From: Ferrovibrio sp. | GTDB taxonomy: Bacteria > Pseudomonadota > Alphaproteobacteria > Ferrovibrionales > Ferrovibrionaceae | Direction: 5' to 3' | DNA: 64,000 nt | NCBI RefSeq assembly: GCF_041906005.1 | Contig: NZ_JAYRJY010000003.1 | Location: 3,724-67,723, forward strand | In this document: positions 17,109 through 25,839 of the stretch, piece by piece | Position numbering within the stretch: the first letter of the stretch is position 1 | Layout of the letters: the number at the start of each line of letters is the position of its first letter | Translations under genes and position numbers: made by a program | The notes under the pieces: generated by a model | What the model saw: the letters and a program-made list of their open reading frames with translations, nothing else | What the model was told of the DNA's origin: nothing | Databases searched by the model: none

Positions 17109-18398
17109 ATGGTCGATTACCCAGAGAGTCCCGAGAAGCGCGAGTTCATCGCCAAGTCGAAGCAATTCTGGAATCCAGGCAAGACCCAGGCTTGGCAGGA
17201 TATGGGCGTCGATCTGGTGATCGATCGGCGTGAGGGCTACCTGCTCTGGGACATGGATGGGCGGCGTCTTATTGATCTCCATCTCAACGGTGGCACCTAC
17301 AATATCGGTCATCGGCATCCGGAACTGATCGAGGTGCTCAATCGCGGCATGCAGCGCTTCGACATGGGCAATCACCACTTCCCAAATATGGGCCGCACGG
17401 CCTTGGCCGAGCGGCTGGCGCGCATCTGCGGCGGCGACATGCACTATACCATGTATGCCTCAGGCGGCGCCGAAGCCATCGACATCGCCCTCAAGACCGC
17501 GCGCCACGCCACACAGCGGCGCAAGATCGTCTCGATCATCAATGCCTATCATGGCCATACCGGCCTCGCCGTCGCCGCCGGCGCTGATCGCTTCAAGAAG
17601 ATCTTTCTGTCCGACCAGCCGGAAGATTTCGTGCATGTGCCTTTCAACGATCTCAACGCGATGGAAGATGCGCTGAAAGGCAAAGACGTCGCCTGCCTCA
17701 TCATGGAGACGATTCCCGCGACCTACGGCTTTCCGATGCCGCTGCCCGGCTACCTCACGGAAGTGAAGAAGTTGTGCGAGCGTTATGGCGCACTCTATGT
17801 CGCGGATGAAGTGCAGACGGGCCTGATGCGCTGCGGCGAAATGTGGGGCTATCAGCGCTATGGCATCCAGCCGGACATCATGGTGACCGGCAAGGGCATT
17901 TCCGGCGGTATGTATCCGATCGCCTGCGTCGTGGTGCGCGAGCCCTATGCCGGCTGGCTGAAACAGGACGGTTTTGCCCATATGTCGACCATGGGCGGCG
18001 CCGAGCTCGGCTGCCTGGTTGCCATGAAGACGCTAGAAATCCTCGAACGTCCGATGGTGAAGCCGATGGTCAACTATATCTCCGAGACGTTCCGCAACGG
18101 TCTTCACGAGATCATGCGGCTTTATCCCAGCTTCTTCGTGGGCTTGCGCCAATGTGGCGTCGTCATGGGGCTGGAATTCGATTTCCCCGAGGGCGCCAAA
18201 CCGGTGATGAAGCATCTCTATGAAAACGGCGTCTGGGCGATCTTCTCGACGCTCGATCCGCGCGTGCTGCAATTCAAGCCCGGTGTGTTGATGACCGCCG
18301 ATCTCTGCGCCGAGGTGCTGGAGCGGGTCGAACGCAGCATCGGTCTCGCCTATGCCGAATGCATGGGCAAAGGTCGCAGCGCCCATCGGGCCGCCTGA
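17109..18398 (+). CDS. Class III PLP-dependent enzyme, probably an amino-alcohol O-phosphate phospho-lyase (or aminotransferase)
   Basis: SGGAEA, YHGHT, ADEVQTG and PLP lysine in VTGKGISGG; adjacent to the kinase. Confidence 0.8.
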   Translation: MVDYPESPEKREFIAKSKQFWNPGKTQAWQDMGVDLVIDRREGYLLWDMDGRRLIDLHLNGGTYNIGHRHPELIEVLNRGMQRFDMGNHHFPNMGRTALAERLARICGGDMHYTMYASGGAEAIDIALKTARHATQRRKIVSIINAYHGHTGLAVAAGADRFKKIFLSDQPEDFVHVPFNDLNAMEDALKGKDVACLIMETIPATYGFPMPLPGYLTEVKKLCERYGALYVADEVQTGLMRCGEMWGYQRYGIQPDIMVTGKGISGGMYPIACVVVREPYAGWLKQDGFAHMSTMGGAELGCLVAMKTLEILERPMVKPMVNYISETFRNGLHEIMRLYPSFFVGLRQCGVVMGLEFDFPEGAKPVMKHLYENGVWAIFSTLDPRVLQFKPGVLMTADLCAEVLERVERSIGLAYAECMGKGRSAHRAA

Positions 18399-18411
18399 GG
18401 AGCGCCGCGAT

Positions 18412-20007
18412 ATGACTGCCATCATTGAAGAAATCCTCGCCGGCGACAAACGCGCCACCGGTACCGCCGACCTCATGCTGCAAATGGCGGAATGGGCCGC
18501 GGCGGCCTTTGCGCGCTTCGACCGAGCAAAGGTCGAAAAGATCGCCCGCGCCGCCGCCGATGTCGCCTATGCCCATGCCGGGGAACTCGCCGAAGCGGCG
18601 GTCAAGGAAACCGGCTTCGGTGTCGCCGCCCATAAGAAGATCAAGAACGAACTGACCTCACGCGGTCTTTTCGAGCTCTATTCGAAAGAGGATTTTTGTT
18701 CGGCCAAGATCGATCCTGCGCTGAAGATGGTCGAACTGCCCAAGCCGGCCGGCGTCATTTTCGCCCTGACGCCCTCGACCAACCCGGTCTGCAGCGTCTA
18801 TTACAAGGTGCTGATGGCGCTCTTCACCCGCAACGCCATCATCCTGTCGCCGCACCCGATGGCAAAGGGCTGTTCGGTGAAGGCTGCCAAACTGATGGCC
18901 GAAGCCGCAGAACAGGCCGGTGCACCCACCGGCATCATCCAGATCATCGAGCAGCCAAATCTGCCGCTGATTGACTATGTGATGAAAAGCCCGCGCGTCG
19001 GCGTCATCCTGGCGACCGGCGGCACACCCATGGTGCGCTCGGCCTATAGTTCCGGCAATCCGGCGATCGGCGTCGGTCCCGGCAATGCGCCGGTCCTGGT
19101 TGACGACAGCGCCGACCTCAATGAAGTGGCCAAGCGTATCGTCATGTCGAAGGCATTCGACAATTCGATCCTCTGTACGAATGAAAGCGTCGTCGTTGCG
19201 ATCGATAGCATCGCCGACCGGCTGCTGCAATCCTTGAAATCGGCGAGCGCCTATATCGCGAAGCCCGAGGAAGTCGTGGCCTTGCGCGACTTGCTGTTCG
19301 GCCTGGGCTCGTTCAACACGGCCGTCCTGGGCAAGTCTGCGGTCGAAATCGGCGCGCAGGCTGGCATTCGCCTACCTTCGAATACGCAGATCATTGTCGC
19401 CGAAATCGACCGCGTCGGGATCGACGAGCCGCTTTCCAAGGAAAAGCTCTGCCCTGTGCTGGGCTTCTTGCGAGTGCCGCATGCCGATGCCGGCATTACC
19501 CAGGCCCGCGCGCTCATCCGCCTGTCAGGTGCCGGTCATTCCGCTGCCATCCACAGCCGCCATGCACCGACCATCCTGAAATATGGCGCGGCGGTGAAGG
19601 CTTTGCGCGTCGCCGTCAACGCGCCATGCAGCCTGGGTGCCGCCGGCTATGGCACGCATCTGGCACCGGCCTTCACCATCGGCACCGGCTTCTTCGGGTC
19701 CTCCTCGATCGGCGAGAATGTGGGACCGCAACACCTCATCAACTGGACACGGATCGCCTATAACGACGATCCCAAGGAAGTGTTCGGCGATTTCAGCGGA
19801 CTCGACGCCAATGCCGGCGGCCCCGCTCTGGCACTGGGTCTGGAGGCGCCGATTTCACTGGGTCGCCTGCAGGAAGGGGCCGATGCGGCGCAGGATCCCC
19901 TGCCCTTGCCTCTTTCCAACAGTGGATCGACCGACGAGGTCGCCATCTTGCGCGAAGAAATCCGGCGCATGGTCCTTGAAGAACTGCGCGGGGCGCTCCG
20001 GTCATGA
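18412..20007 (+). CDS. CoA-acylating aldehyde dehydrogenase (EutE/PduP family) with C-terminal encapsulation peptide
   Basis: TPSTNP, ATGG, AYSSGNPAIGVGPGN, FDNSILC (catalytic Cys) and EKLCPVL; tail DEVAILREEIRRMVLEELRG; ATG 18412 with SD GAGGAG. Confidence 0.9.
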   Translation: MTAIIEEILAGDKRATGTADLMLQMAEWAAAAFARFDRAKVEKIARAAADVAYAHAGELAEAAVKETGFGVAAHKKIKNELTSRGLFELYSKEDFCSAKIDPALKMVELPKPAGVIFALTPSTNPVCSVYYKVLMALFTRNAIILSPHPMAKGCSVKAAKLMAEAAEQAGAPTGIIQIIEQPNLPLIDYVMKSPRVGVILATGGTPMVRSAYSSGNPAIGVGPGNAPVLVDDSADLNEVAKRIVMSKAFDNSILCTNESVVVAIDSIADRLLQSLKSASAYIAKPEEVVALRDLLFGLGSFNTAVLGKSAVEIGAQAGIRLPSNTQIIVAEIDRVGIDEPLSKEKLCPVLGFLRVPHADAGITQARALIRLSGAGHSAAIHSRHAPTILKYGAAVKALRVAVNAPCSLGAAGYGTHLAPAFTIGTGFFGSSSIGENVGPQHLINWTRIAYNDDPKEVFGDFSGLDANAGGPALALGLEAPISLGRLQEGADAAQDPLPLPLSNSGSTDEVAILREEIRRMVLEELRGALRS

Positions 20008-20025
20008 GAAGGCAGCACTGATATC

Positions 20026-20625
20026 ATGGCCGATCTGCGCTCCTTCATCTTCATCGACCAGCTGCAGCCGCAGACGCTCTGCTATATGGCGAGCGGCATG
20101 CGCGGGCGCTTGCCACGCACCCATATGGCCGCCCAGATCATCGAAGTGGCCCCCGGGCTCGATATCGAGGCGCTGACCGATACCGCCCTCAAGCATGCCG
20201 AGGTGAGCGGTGGCATGCTGGTGGTGGAACGCCAGTTCGGCTATCTCGAATTCCATTCCCGTTCGACGGCCGCCGTCAAGTCGGCCGCCGAGGCTGTGCT
20301 GGATGAGCTCGAGGCACGAACCGAACAGGCGATGAAACCGCAGATTCTCGCTTCCAAGATCGTGACCCGGATCGATAATGGCCACGCTTTCCTCATCAAC
20401 CGCAACAAATCGGGTTCGATGATCCTGCCCGGCGAATCGCTCTTCGTCCTCGAGATGCAGCCCGCCTCCTATGCCATCCTGGCCACCAATGAGGCGGAAA
20501 AAACGGCGGATATCAAAGTGATCGACTATCGCATGTTCGGCGCCACCGGCCGGGTCTACCTCTCCGGTGAAGAATCCAATGTGCGCATGGGCGCTGAAGC
20601 GGCCTTGGCCGCCTTGCAAGGATGA
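20026..20625 (+). CDS. BMC-T shell protein (permuted tandem, double-stacking type)
   Basis: [31 protein letters not shown] and [10 protein letters not shown]. Confidence 0.88.
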   Translation: MADLRSFIFIDQLQPQTLCYMASGMRGRLPRTHMAAQIIEVAPGLDIEALTDTALKHAEVSGGMLVVERQFGYLEFHSRSTAAVKSAAEAVLDELEARTEQAMKPQILASKIVTRIDNGHAFLINRNKSGSMILPGESLFVLEMQPASYAILATNEAEKTADIKVIDYRMFGATGRVYLSGEESNVRMGAEAALAALQG

Positions 20626-21044
20626 GCCAGATGGATAAGAGCCTCATCCGCAACCTGATCCGAGAAGTCATCGCCGAGGAAGTGAAGGCGATGAAGTCGG
20701 GTAAGTCGCCCGCCGCCACACCTTCCTCGGTGCGCATTGCTGGGGATGCCGATCTCGCGACTTTTGCCAAGGACGTCTTGCGCCTCGCTGACGATCCGCA
20801 GGTGCGCACTGCCATTCTGGCCGGGCGGCATCCGTTCCATCTGGCAAGCTCTGCTGCGCCAACGACGGCTGCGCCGTCCGGGCAAAGTCATCGCGTCGAC
20901 AAGGGCGTCGTTACGGAAGGCGCCATCGCCAAGCTCGGCAAGAATGTCTCGCGCCTGCTGCTGGGGCCGGGCGTCAGTATCACCCCCTTGGCCCGCGACA
21001 AGGCCAAGGCGCGCAACATCAGCGTCGAAAGGATCGGGCAATGA
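20622..21044 (+). CDS. BMC-associated hypothetical protein with N-terminal encapsulation peptide
   Basis: N-terminal DKSLIRNLIREVIAEEV amphipathic helix; C-terminal VVTEGAI...ITPLARDKAKARNISV module seen in BMC loci; ATGA-coupled on both sides. Confidence 0.75.
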   Translation: MSQMDKSLIRNLIREVIAEEVKAMKSGKSPAATPSSVRIAGDADLATFAKDVLRLADDPQVRTAILAGRHPFHLASSAAPTTAAPSGQSHRVDKGVVTEGAIAKLGKNVSRLLLGPGVSITPLARDKAKARNISVERIGQ

Positions 21045-21298
21045 TTCGCGGTCGGGTCGTGGGCCGATATTGGGCCACCAAGAAAATCGAGCACATCCCC
21101 TCGGGGGCGTTCCTGGAAGTGGAAAGCCCCGGCGGCGGGCGCATGATCGCCTTTGACGTGCTGGGCTGCGGCGAGGGCGAGGATGTCCTCATCGTCACCG
21201 GTTCCACCGCCGCCTCCTGGCTGGGCGGCGGCAAGATACCCATAGACGCACTCATCATCGGCTCGCTCGACGAGACGTCGAAATCCAAATCGAAATAG
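21041..21298 (+). CDS. BMC-P pentameric vertex protein (EutN/CcmL family)
   Basis: [22 protein letters not shown] and PIDALIIG. Confidence 0.92.
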   Translation: MIRGRVVGRYWATKKIEHIPSGAFLEVESPGGGRMIAFDVLGCGEGEDVLIVTGSTAASWLGGGKIPIDALIIGSLDETSKSKSK

Positions 21299-21327
21299 CC
21301 AACACTGTTGAAAGCAAGGAGAGAACC

Positions 21328-21609
21328 ATGTCGAACGCTATCGGAATGATCGAGACCAAGGGTTTCGTCGCGGCCCTGGCCGCGGCCGATGCCATGGTCA
21401 AAGCCGCCAATGTCACGGTGGTCGGCCGCGAAGAAGTGGGTGACGGCCTCGTTGCCGTCATCATTAATGGCGATGTCGGTGCCGTGAAGGCAGCGACTGA
21501 AGCCGGTGCCGAAGCAGCGAGCAGCGTCGGTACGCTGGTCTCCGTCCACGTCATCCCGCGCCCGCATCCCGACCTTGGCAAGCATTTCTCGACCGCCAGC
21601 GGGAAGTAA
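21328..21609 (+). CDS. BMC-H hexameric shell protein
   Basis: [29 protein letters not shown] and HVIPRPH; SD AGGAG. Confidence 0.97.
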   Translation: MSNAIGMIETKGFVAALAAADAMVKAANVTVVGREEVGDGLVAVIINGDVGAVKAATEAGAEAASSVGTLVSVHVIPRPHPDLGKHFSTASGK

Positions 21610-21628
21610 CTGATCGACGCAAGCTTGA

Positions 21629-21661
21629 CCGTCATGCCCCGACTGAGTGCGGGCATGACGG
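21629..21661 (+). repeat. REP-like GC-rich hairpin between BMC-H and the last BMC-T gene
   Basis: CCGTCATGCCC / GGGCATGACGG, 11-bp stem with no U-tract. Confidence 0.75.
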
Positions 21662-21703
21662 CAGATGTGTTGACGTTGCTCTAACGCCTTCCGGAATCAA
21701 TTT

Positions 21704-22339
21704 ATGACCGAGCTTCGCGTCTATCTGCTGGTGAAAGACCTGGCCCGCCAGTTCGCGGCATATATGTCGACGCCCACGCGGGCGCGCGGCTATCCGCCGA
21801 TGCAGGGCGAGCATAGCTTGATCATCGAGGTGGCGCCGGCTTTGGCCATTCACCGGATCTGCGATCTGGCACTAAAGACCGCGCCGGACATGGAGCCGGG
21901 CTTGCTCTATACCGAGCGGCAATACGGCATCCTGGAGCTGCATGCGGCGGATCTCGCGCATCTCAACTTCGCCGGCGAGGCGATCCTCAAAGGCATCGGC
22001 CACAAGCCCGAAGACCAGTTGAAACCCCGGACACTCTACGCCGACATCATTGACGATGTGTCGGACCAGCATGCGATCATCCTCAATCGCACGCGCGAGG
22101 CATCGATGCTGCTGCCGGGCAAATCTCTGCTGCTCTATGAGTTGGAGCCGGCGCTCTTTGCCTCGGTCGCTGCCAATGAGGCGGAGAAGGTCGCGCCCGG
22201 CATCACCCTCGTTGACGTGCAGATGATCGGCGCCAGCGGGAGATTGTTCCTTTCCGGTACACGCAAGGAATGCGAACGCGCCCGCGATCGCATCGATGAG
22301 GTGCTGGGTGCCGTGATCGGGCGGTCGGGGAAGGCGTAG
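21704..22339 (+). CDS. BMC-T shell protein (double-stacking type)
   Basis: RARGYPP, IIEVAPA, ERQYG, ANEAEK and GASGRLFLSG. Confidence 0.88.
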   Translation: MTELRVYLLVKDLARQFAAYMSTPTRARGYPPMQGEHSLIIEVAPALAIHRICDLALKTAPDMEPGLLYTERQYGILELHAADLAHLNFAGEAILKGIGHKPEDQLKPRTLYADIIDDVSDQHAIILNRTREASMLLPGKSLLLYELEPALFASVAANEAEKVAPGITLVDVQMIGASGRLFLSGTRKECERARDRIDEVLGAVIGRSGKA

Positions 22340-22437
22340 GGCGGCTACCGACGCGACCCTTTTCTCCCGCCGCGCCACATGCGAGTGATATAGTCTGGGC
22401 GATATAGAATCGACCCTGGACTGATGGATTCTTCCGC

Positions 22438-23205
22438 ATGATCCGGCTCGCCGCCAATCTCAGCATGATGTTCAACGAATGGTCCTTCATGGACCGTTTC
22501 CAGGTCGCAGCCGACGCCGGTTTCGAGGCGGTCGAGTACCTCTTTCCCTACGAGCACTCAGCCGAGGCGATCGGCGCAATGTTGCACAAGAATGGGCTTG
22601 CCCAGGCGCTGTTCAACCTGCCGCCCGGCGATTGGGTCGCGGGCGATCGCGGCATGGCCGCGATTCCGGCGCGCAGCGATGAATTTCGTGCCAGTGTCGC
22701 CCTCGCCTTGCGCTATGCAGCGGCGACCGGCGTGAAGCGGTTGCACATGATGAGCGGCATTGCCGATCGCAAGGCCCCGGATGCGCGGTCGGCATACGCC
22801 GATGCCTTGCGCTTTGCCTGCGATCAAGCGGGACCGCAAGGCATCGATATTCTCATCGAGCCGATCAACCAGCGCGACATGCCGGGCTATTTTCTCAATG
22901 ATTTCAATCTTGCCGCCGAGCTGATCGGCGAGCTCAGGCGTCCCAATCTGCGCCTGCAATTCGACATCTATCACCGCCAGATCATGCATGGCGATGTGCT
23001 GATCGGGATGAAGAGCCTATTCCCGCTCATTGGTCACGTGCAGATCGCCGCCGTGCCGACGCGTCATGAACCCGGCAGCGGTGAACTCGACGATTTCCGC
23101 GTGCTGCGTGAGCTGGACGGGCTGGGCTATGCCGGCTTCGTCGGCTGCGAATACCGGCCGGCGGCCGGCACGCTCGCCGGCCTCGGCTGGCGAGCCAGAG
23201 TCTAG
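22438..23205 (+). CDS. otnI: Hydroxypyruvate isomerase family protein (2-oxo-tetronate isomerase-like)
   Basis: AANLSMMF, GFEAVEYLFPY, LIEPINQRDMPGYFL, QFDIYHRQI and HVQIA. Confidence 0.75.
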   Translation: MIRLAANLSMMFNEWSFMDRFQVAADAGFEAVEYLFPYEHSAEAIGAMLHKNGLAQALFNLPPGDWVAGDRGMAAIPARSDEFRASVALALRYAAATGVKRLHMMSGIADRKAPDARSAYADALRFACDQAGPQGIDILIEPINQRDMPGYFLNDFNLAAELIGELRRPNLRLQFDIYHRQIMHGDVLIGMKSLFPLIGHVQIAAVPTRHEPGSGELDDFRVLRELDGLGYAGFVGCEYRPAAGTLAGLGWRARV

Positions 23206-23214
23206 CGGCTGGCT

Positions 23215-23967
23215 CTAGCCGCGACCGACGAAGGGCATCTGCGTCGCCATCACCGTCATGGTGAGGACATTGGCATCTAGCGGCAGGCTCGCCATATAGG
23301 CGACGGCATCGCCGACATGTTTGGCATCCATCGTGGCTTCGATCGCCGTCGAGCCATTGGCCTGCAGCACGCCTGTTGCCATCTTCCGTGTCATCTCGGT
23401 CGCCGCATTGCCGATGTCGATCTGGCCGCAGGCGATATCAAAAGGCCTGCCGTCGAGCGCCGTGGATTTGGTGAGCCCGGTGATCGCATGCTTGGTCGCC
23501 GTATAGGGCGCCGAATGGGGGCGCGGCGTGGTGGCCGAAATCGAGCCATTATTGATAATGCGGCCACCGCGCGGAGACTGCGCCTTCATGATCTTGAAGG
23601 CCTGCTGGGTGCAGAAGAAGGCCCCGTTGAGATTGGCCGCCACCACCGCCAGCCATTGCTCGGCCGACAATTCCTCGAGCGGGATCGCGGGGGCGCCAAT
23701 GCCGGCATTGTTGACCAGCAGATCCAGCCGGCCCCAACTCGCCTTGACCTGATCGAACATGCCGGCAACCGCGACCGGGTCGCCGATATCTGTCGGGACG
23801 GTCATGGTATTGGCGCCGGTCGGATCCAGTTCCTTTGCCGCAGCTTCGATCACGTCGCGCCGGCGGCCGATCATGGCGACCTTGTAGCCTTGCCCGAGCA
23901 GCGCTTTGACGATGGCCTTGCCGACACCTGTTCCGGCCCCGGTGACGATTGCCGTCTTGATGGTCAT
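23215..23967 (-). CDS. SDR family oxidoreductase
   Basis: [19 protein letters not shown] and YTATKH. Confidence 0.9.
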   Translation of the reverse strand: MTIKTAIVTGAGTGVGKAIVKALLGQGYKVAMIGRRRDVIEAAAKELDPTGANTMTVPTDIGDPVAVAGMFDQVKASWGRLDLLVNNAGIGAPAIPLEELSAEQWLAVVAANLNGAFFCTQQAFKIMKAQSPRGGRIINNGSISATTPRPHSAPYTATKHAITGLTKSTALDGRPFDIACGQIDIGNAATEMTRKMATGVLQANGSTAIEATMDAKHVGDAVAYMASLPLDANVLTMTVMATQMPFVGRG

Positions 23968-23990
23968 AACGATCCTCTTGGTATTGGATT

Positions 23991-24977
23991 TCAGACGAGC
24001 TTGCCGCCGAGTTCATCCTCGATATGCACGCGGATGATCTCATCAAACGAGCTTTCGGCACGGAAGCCAAGGGCCAGTGCGCGGGCCGGGTTGAAATCGC
24101 TGGGCCAGCCGGCGACAATTTTCTGGATCGTCGGATCCGCCTCGCGGCGAATGAGCTTCACCGCCTTCTCACCGGCGACGCGGCGCAGGGCCTCGATCTG
24201 CTCGCCGACCGTAGCCGAGAGACCCGGCAGACTAAGGTTGCGCCGGGGGCCAACGCGCTCAAGATCGAGTGTGGCCGCATGCAGCAGGAAACCAACCGCC
24301 GCGCGGGGGCTGGCGTGCCAATGGCGGACGGAATCGGCCACCGGCAGGATTGCTTCCTGGCCCGACAGGGGTTCTCGCAGAATGTTCGAGAAGAAGCCGG
24401 AGGCGGCTTTGTTGGGCTTGCCGGGTCGGATGCAGATGGTGGGCAAGCGAATGCCGATGCCGTCGAAGAAGCCGCGGCGCGAATAATCCGATAACAGCAA
24501 TTCGCCGATTGCCTTCTGCGTGCCATAGGAGGTCAGCGGCGCGCTAAGGAACGTATCGTCGATCTTGTCGGCAAAGGGTGCGCCGAAGACAGCGATCGAG
24601 GAGGTAAAGACCAGACGCGGGCGATAGGGCTGGCGCGCACCTTGCAAGCGGATCGCTTCAAAGAGATAGCGCGTGCCGTCGAGATTGATGCGATAGCCTT
24701 TCTCGAAATCTGCCTCCGCCTCACCTGAAACGATAGCGGCGAGGTGGAAGATGGCGTCCGGGCGTTCAGCGATCAGCTTCTCCGCTTCCCCCGGCCGCGA
24801 GAGATCCGCCGTCAGCGTCCTTGTCGTGCCGGTGAAGCCTTCCGGCATGCTGGGTGGAACGACATCGACCAAGGTCAGCTTCTCGACCGCCTTGCCATCC
24901 AGGCCGCCACTGGCGGCGAGCTGGTCGGTCAGCTTGCGCCCGACCATACCGGCGGCGCCGATAATGAGAATATGCAT
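23991..24977 (-). CDS. denD: D-erythronate dehydrogenase-like NAD-dependent epimerase/dehydratase
   Basis: [25 protein letters not shown] and [21 protein letters not shown]. Confidence 0.8.
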   Translation of the reverse strand: MHILIIGAAGMVGRKLTDQLAASGGLDGKAVEKLTLVDVVPPSMPEGFTGTTRTLTADLSRPGEAEKLIAERPDAIFHLAAIVSGEAEADFEKGYRINLDGTRYLFEAIRLQGARQPYRPRLVFTSSIAVFGAPFADKIDDTFLSAPLTSYGTQKAIGELLLSDYSRRGFFDGIGIRLPTICIRPGKPNKAASGFFSNILREPLSGQEAILPVADSVRHWHASPRAAVGFLLHAATLDLERVGPRRNLSLPGLSATVGEQIEALRRVAGEKAVKLIRREADPTIQKIVAGWPSDFNPARALALGFRAESSFDEIIRVHIEDELGGKLV

Positions 24978-25099
24978 TGAGTTGAAACCTCGTATCTATC
25001 GTGACGCGCGCAAGCGCAGGGCAGCATAGGCGAAAAATGGTGCTGCACGTTCAAAAAACCGCCGGAATCGGCCGTGCGACACCGAATCGGTGACGGTCT

Positions 25100-25765
25100 T
25101 CACAGGATCACCCCTTCCTGATGAGCCAGCGCCGCTTCGATTTCCCGCCAGTCGGGTGAAAACTCGACCTTTGCCGGTGCATGGACATTCTCGGTCCAGG
25201 CGTAAAGGCACAGCAACGGCATGTCGCGCACCAAGGTTGCGTGAACACGGTGCGGCGGGTTCCAGACGGTCTCGCCCGGCATCTTCTCAGCCCACGGAGC
25301 CGTGGTGCCGAACCGCCAATAGGTCGGACCCGTTAAGGGCACATAGAGTTCCGACGCCAGATGGTGATGATCGCGGTAGAGCGTGCCCGGGGCGATGAGC
25401 AGGAAGCCGATATCGAAGTCACGGGCCCAATCCGGATCGGCCGCCGCGATCAGGCTGGTATAGGCGTGGCGGCGGGGGAAGAGCGTTCCGATCGTATCCG
25501 CCGCATAGGCGTTATAGCTGATCCAATGAAGGTCGATGTTGCCCAGAGCCTGCGCCAGTTCTGCCGCCGGTCCGATAACAGCCGCCGCCAGAGCTTCCTT
25601 GTAAGATCCGCATGTGGGCGACGCAGGTGGTATGGTCGCCGGCAATCTGCGCAGGTCCGCCATTTCGCCCAAGCGCATGCGTGTCCGTGCAACGCCGCCA
25701 TCGGCATCCGCTAAACCGCCGAGAAATCGGTCAATTTCATGCCACAGCAAGTCCAACCCATGCAT
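25100..25765 (-). CDS. Cupin, DMSP lyase (DddQ/DddL)-like family
   Basis: YRDHHHLASELY (HxHxxxExY) and WNPPHRVHAT...PLLCLYAW cupin motifs. Confidence 0.7.
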   Translation of the reverse strand: MHGLDLLWHEIDRFLGGLADADGGVARTRMRLGEMADLRRLPATIPPASPTCGSYKEALAAAVIGPAAELAQALGNIDLHWISYNAYAADTIGTLFPRRHAYTSLIAAADPDWARDFDIGFLLIAPGTLYRDHHHLASELYVPLTGPTYWRFGTTAPWAEKMPGETVWNPPHRVHATLVRDMPLLCLYAWTENVHAPAKVEFSPDWREIEAALAHQEGVIL

Positions 25766-25839
25766 GCCGCCCGCCCCATTCTATGCGGGCGAGACTATAG
25801 CGCATTCCACCGGCTGGCCAATGCCCTACCCCCGCCGGC

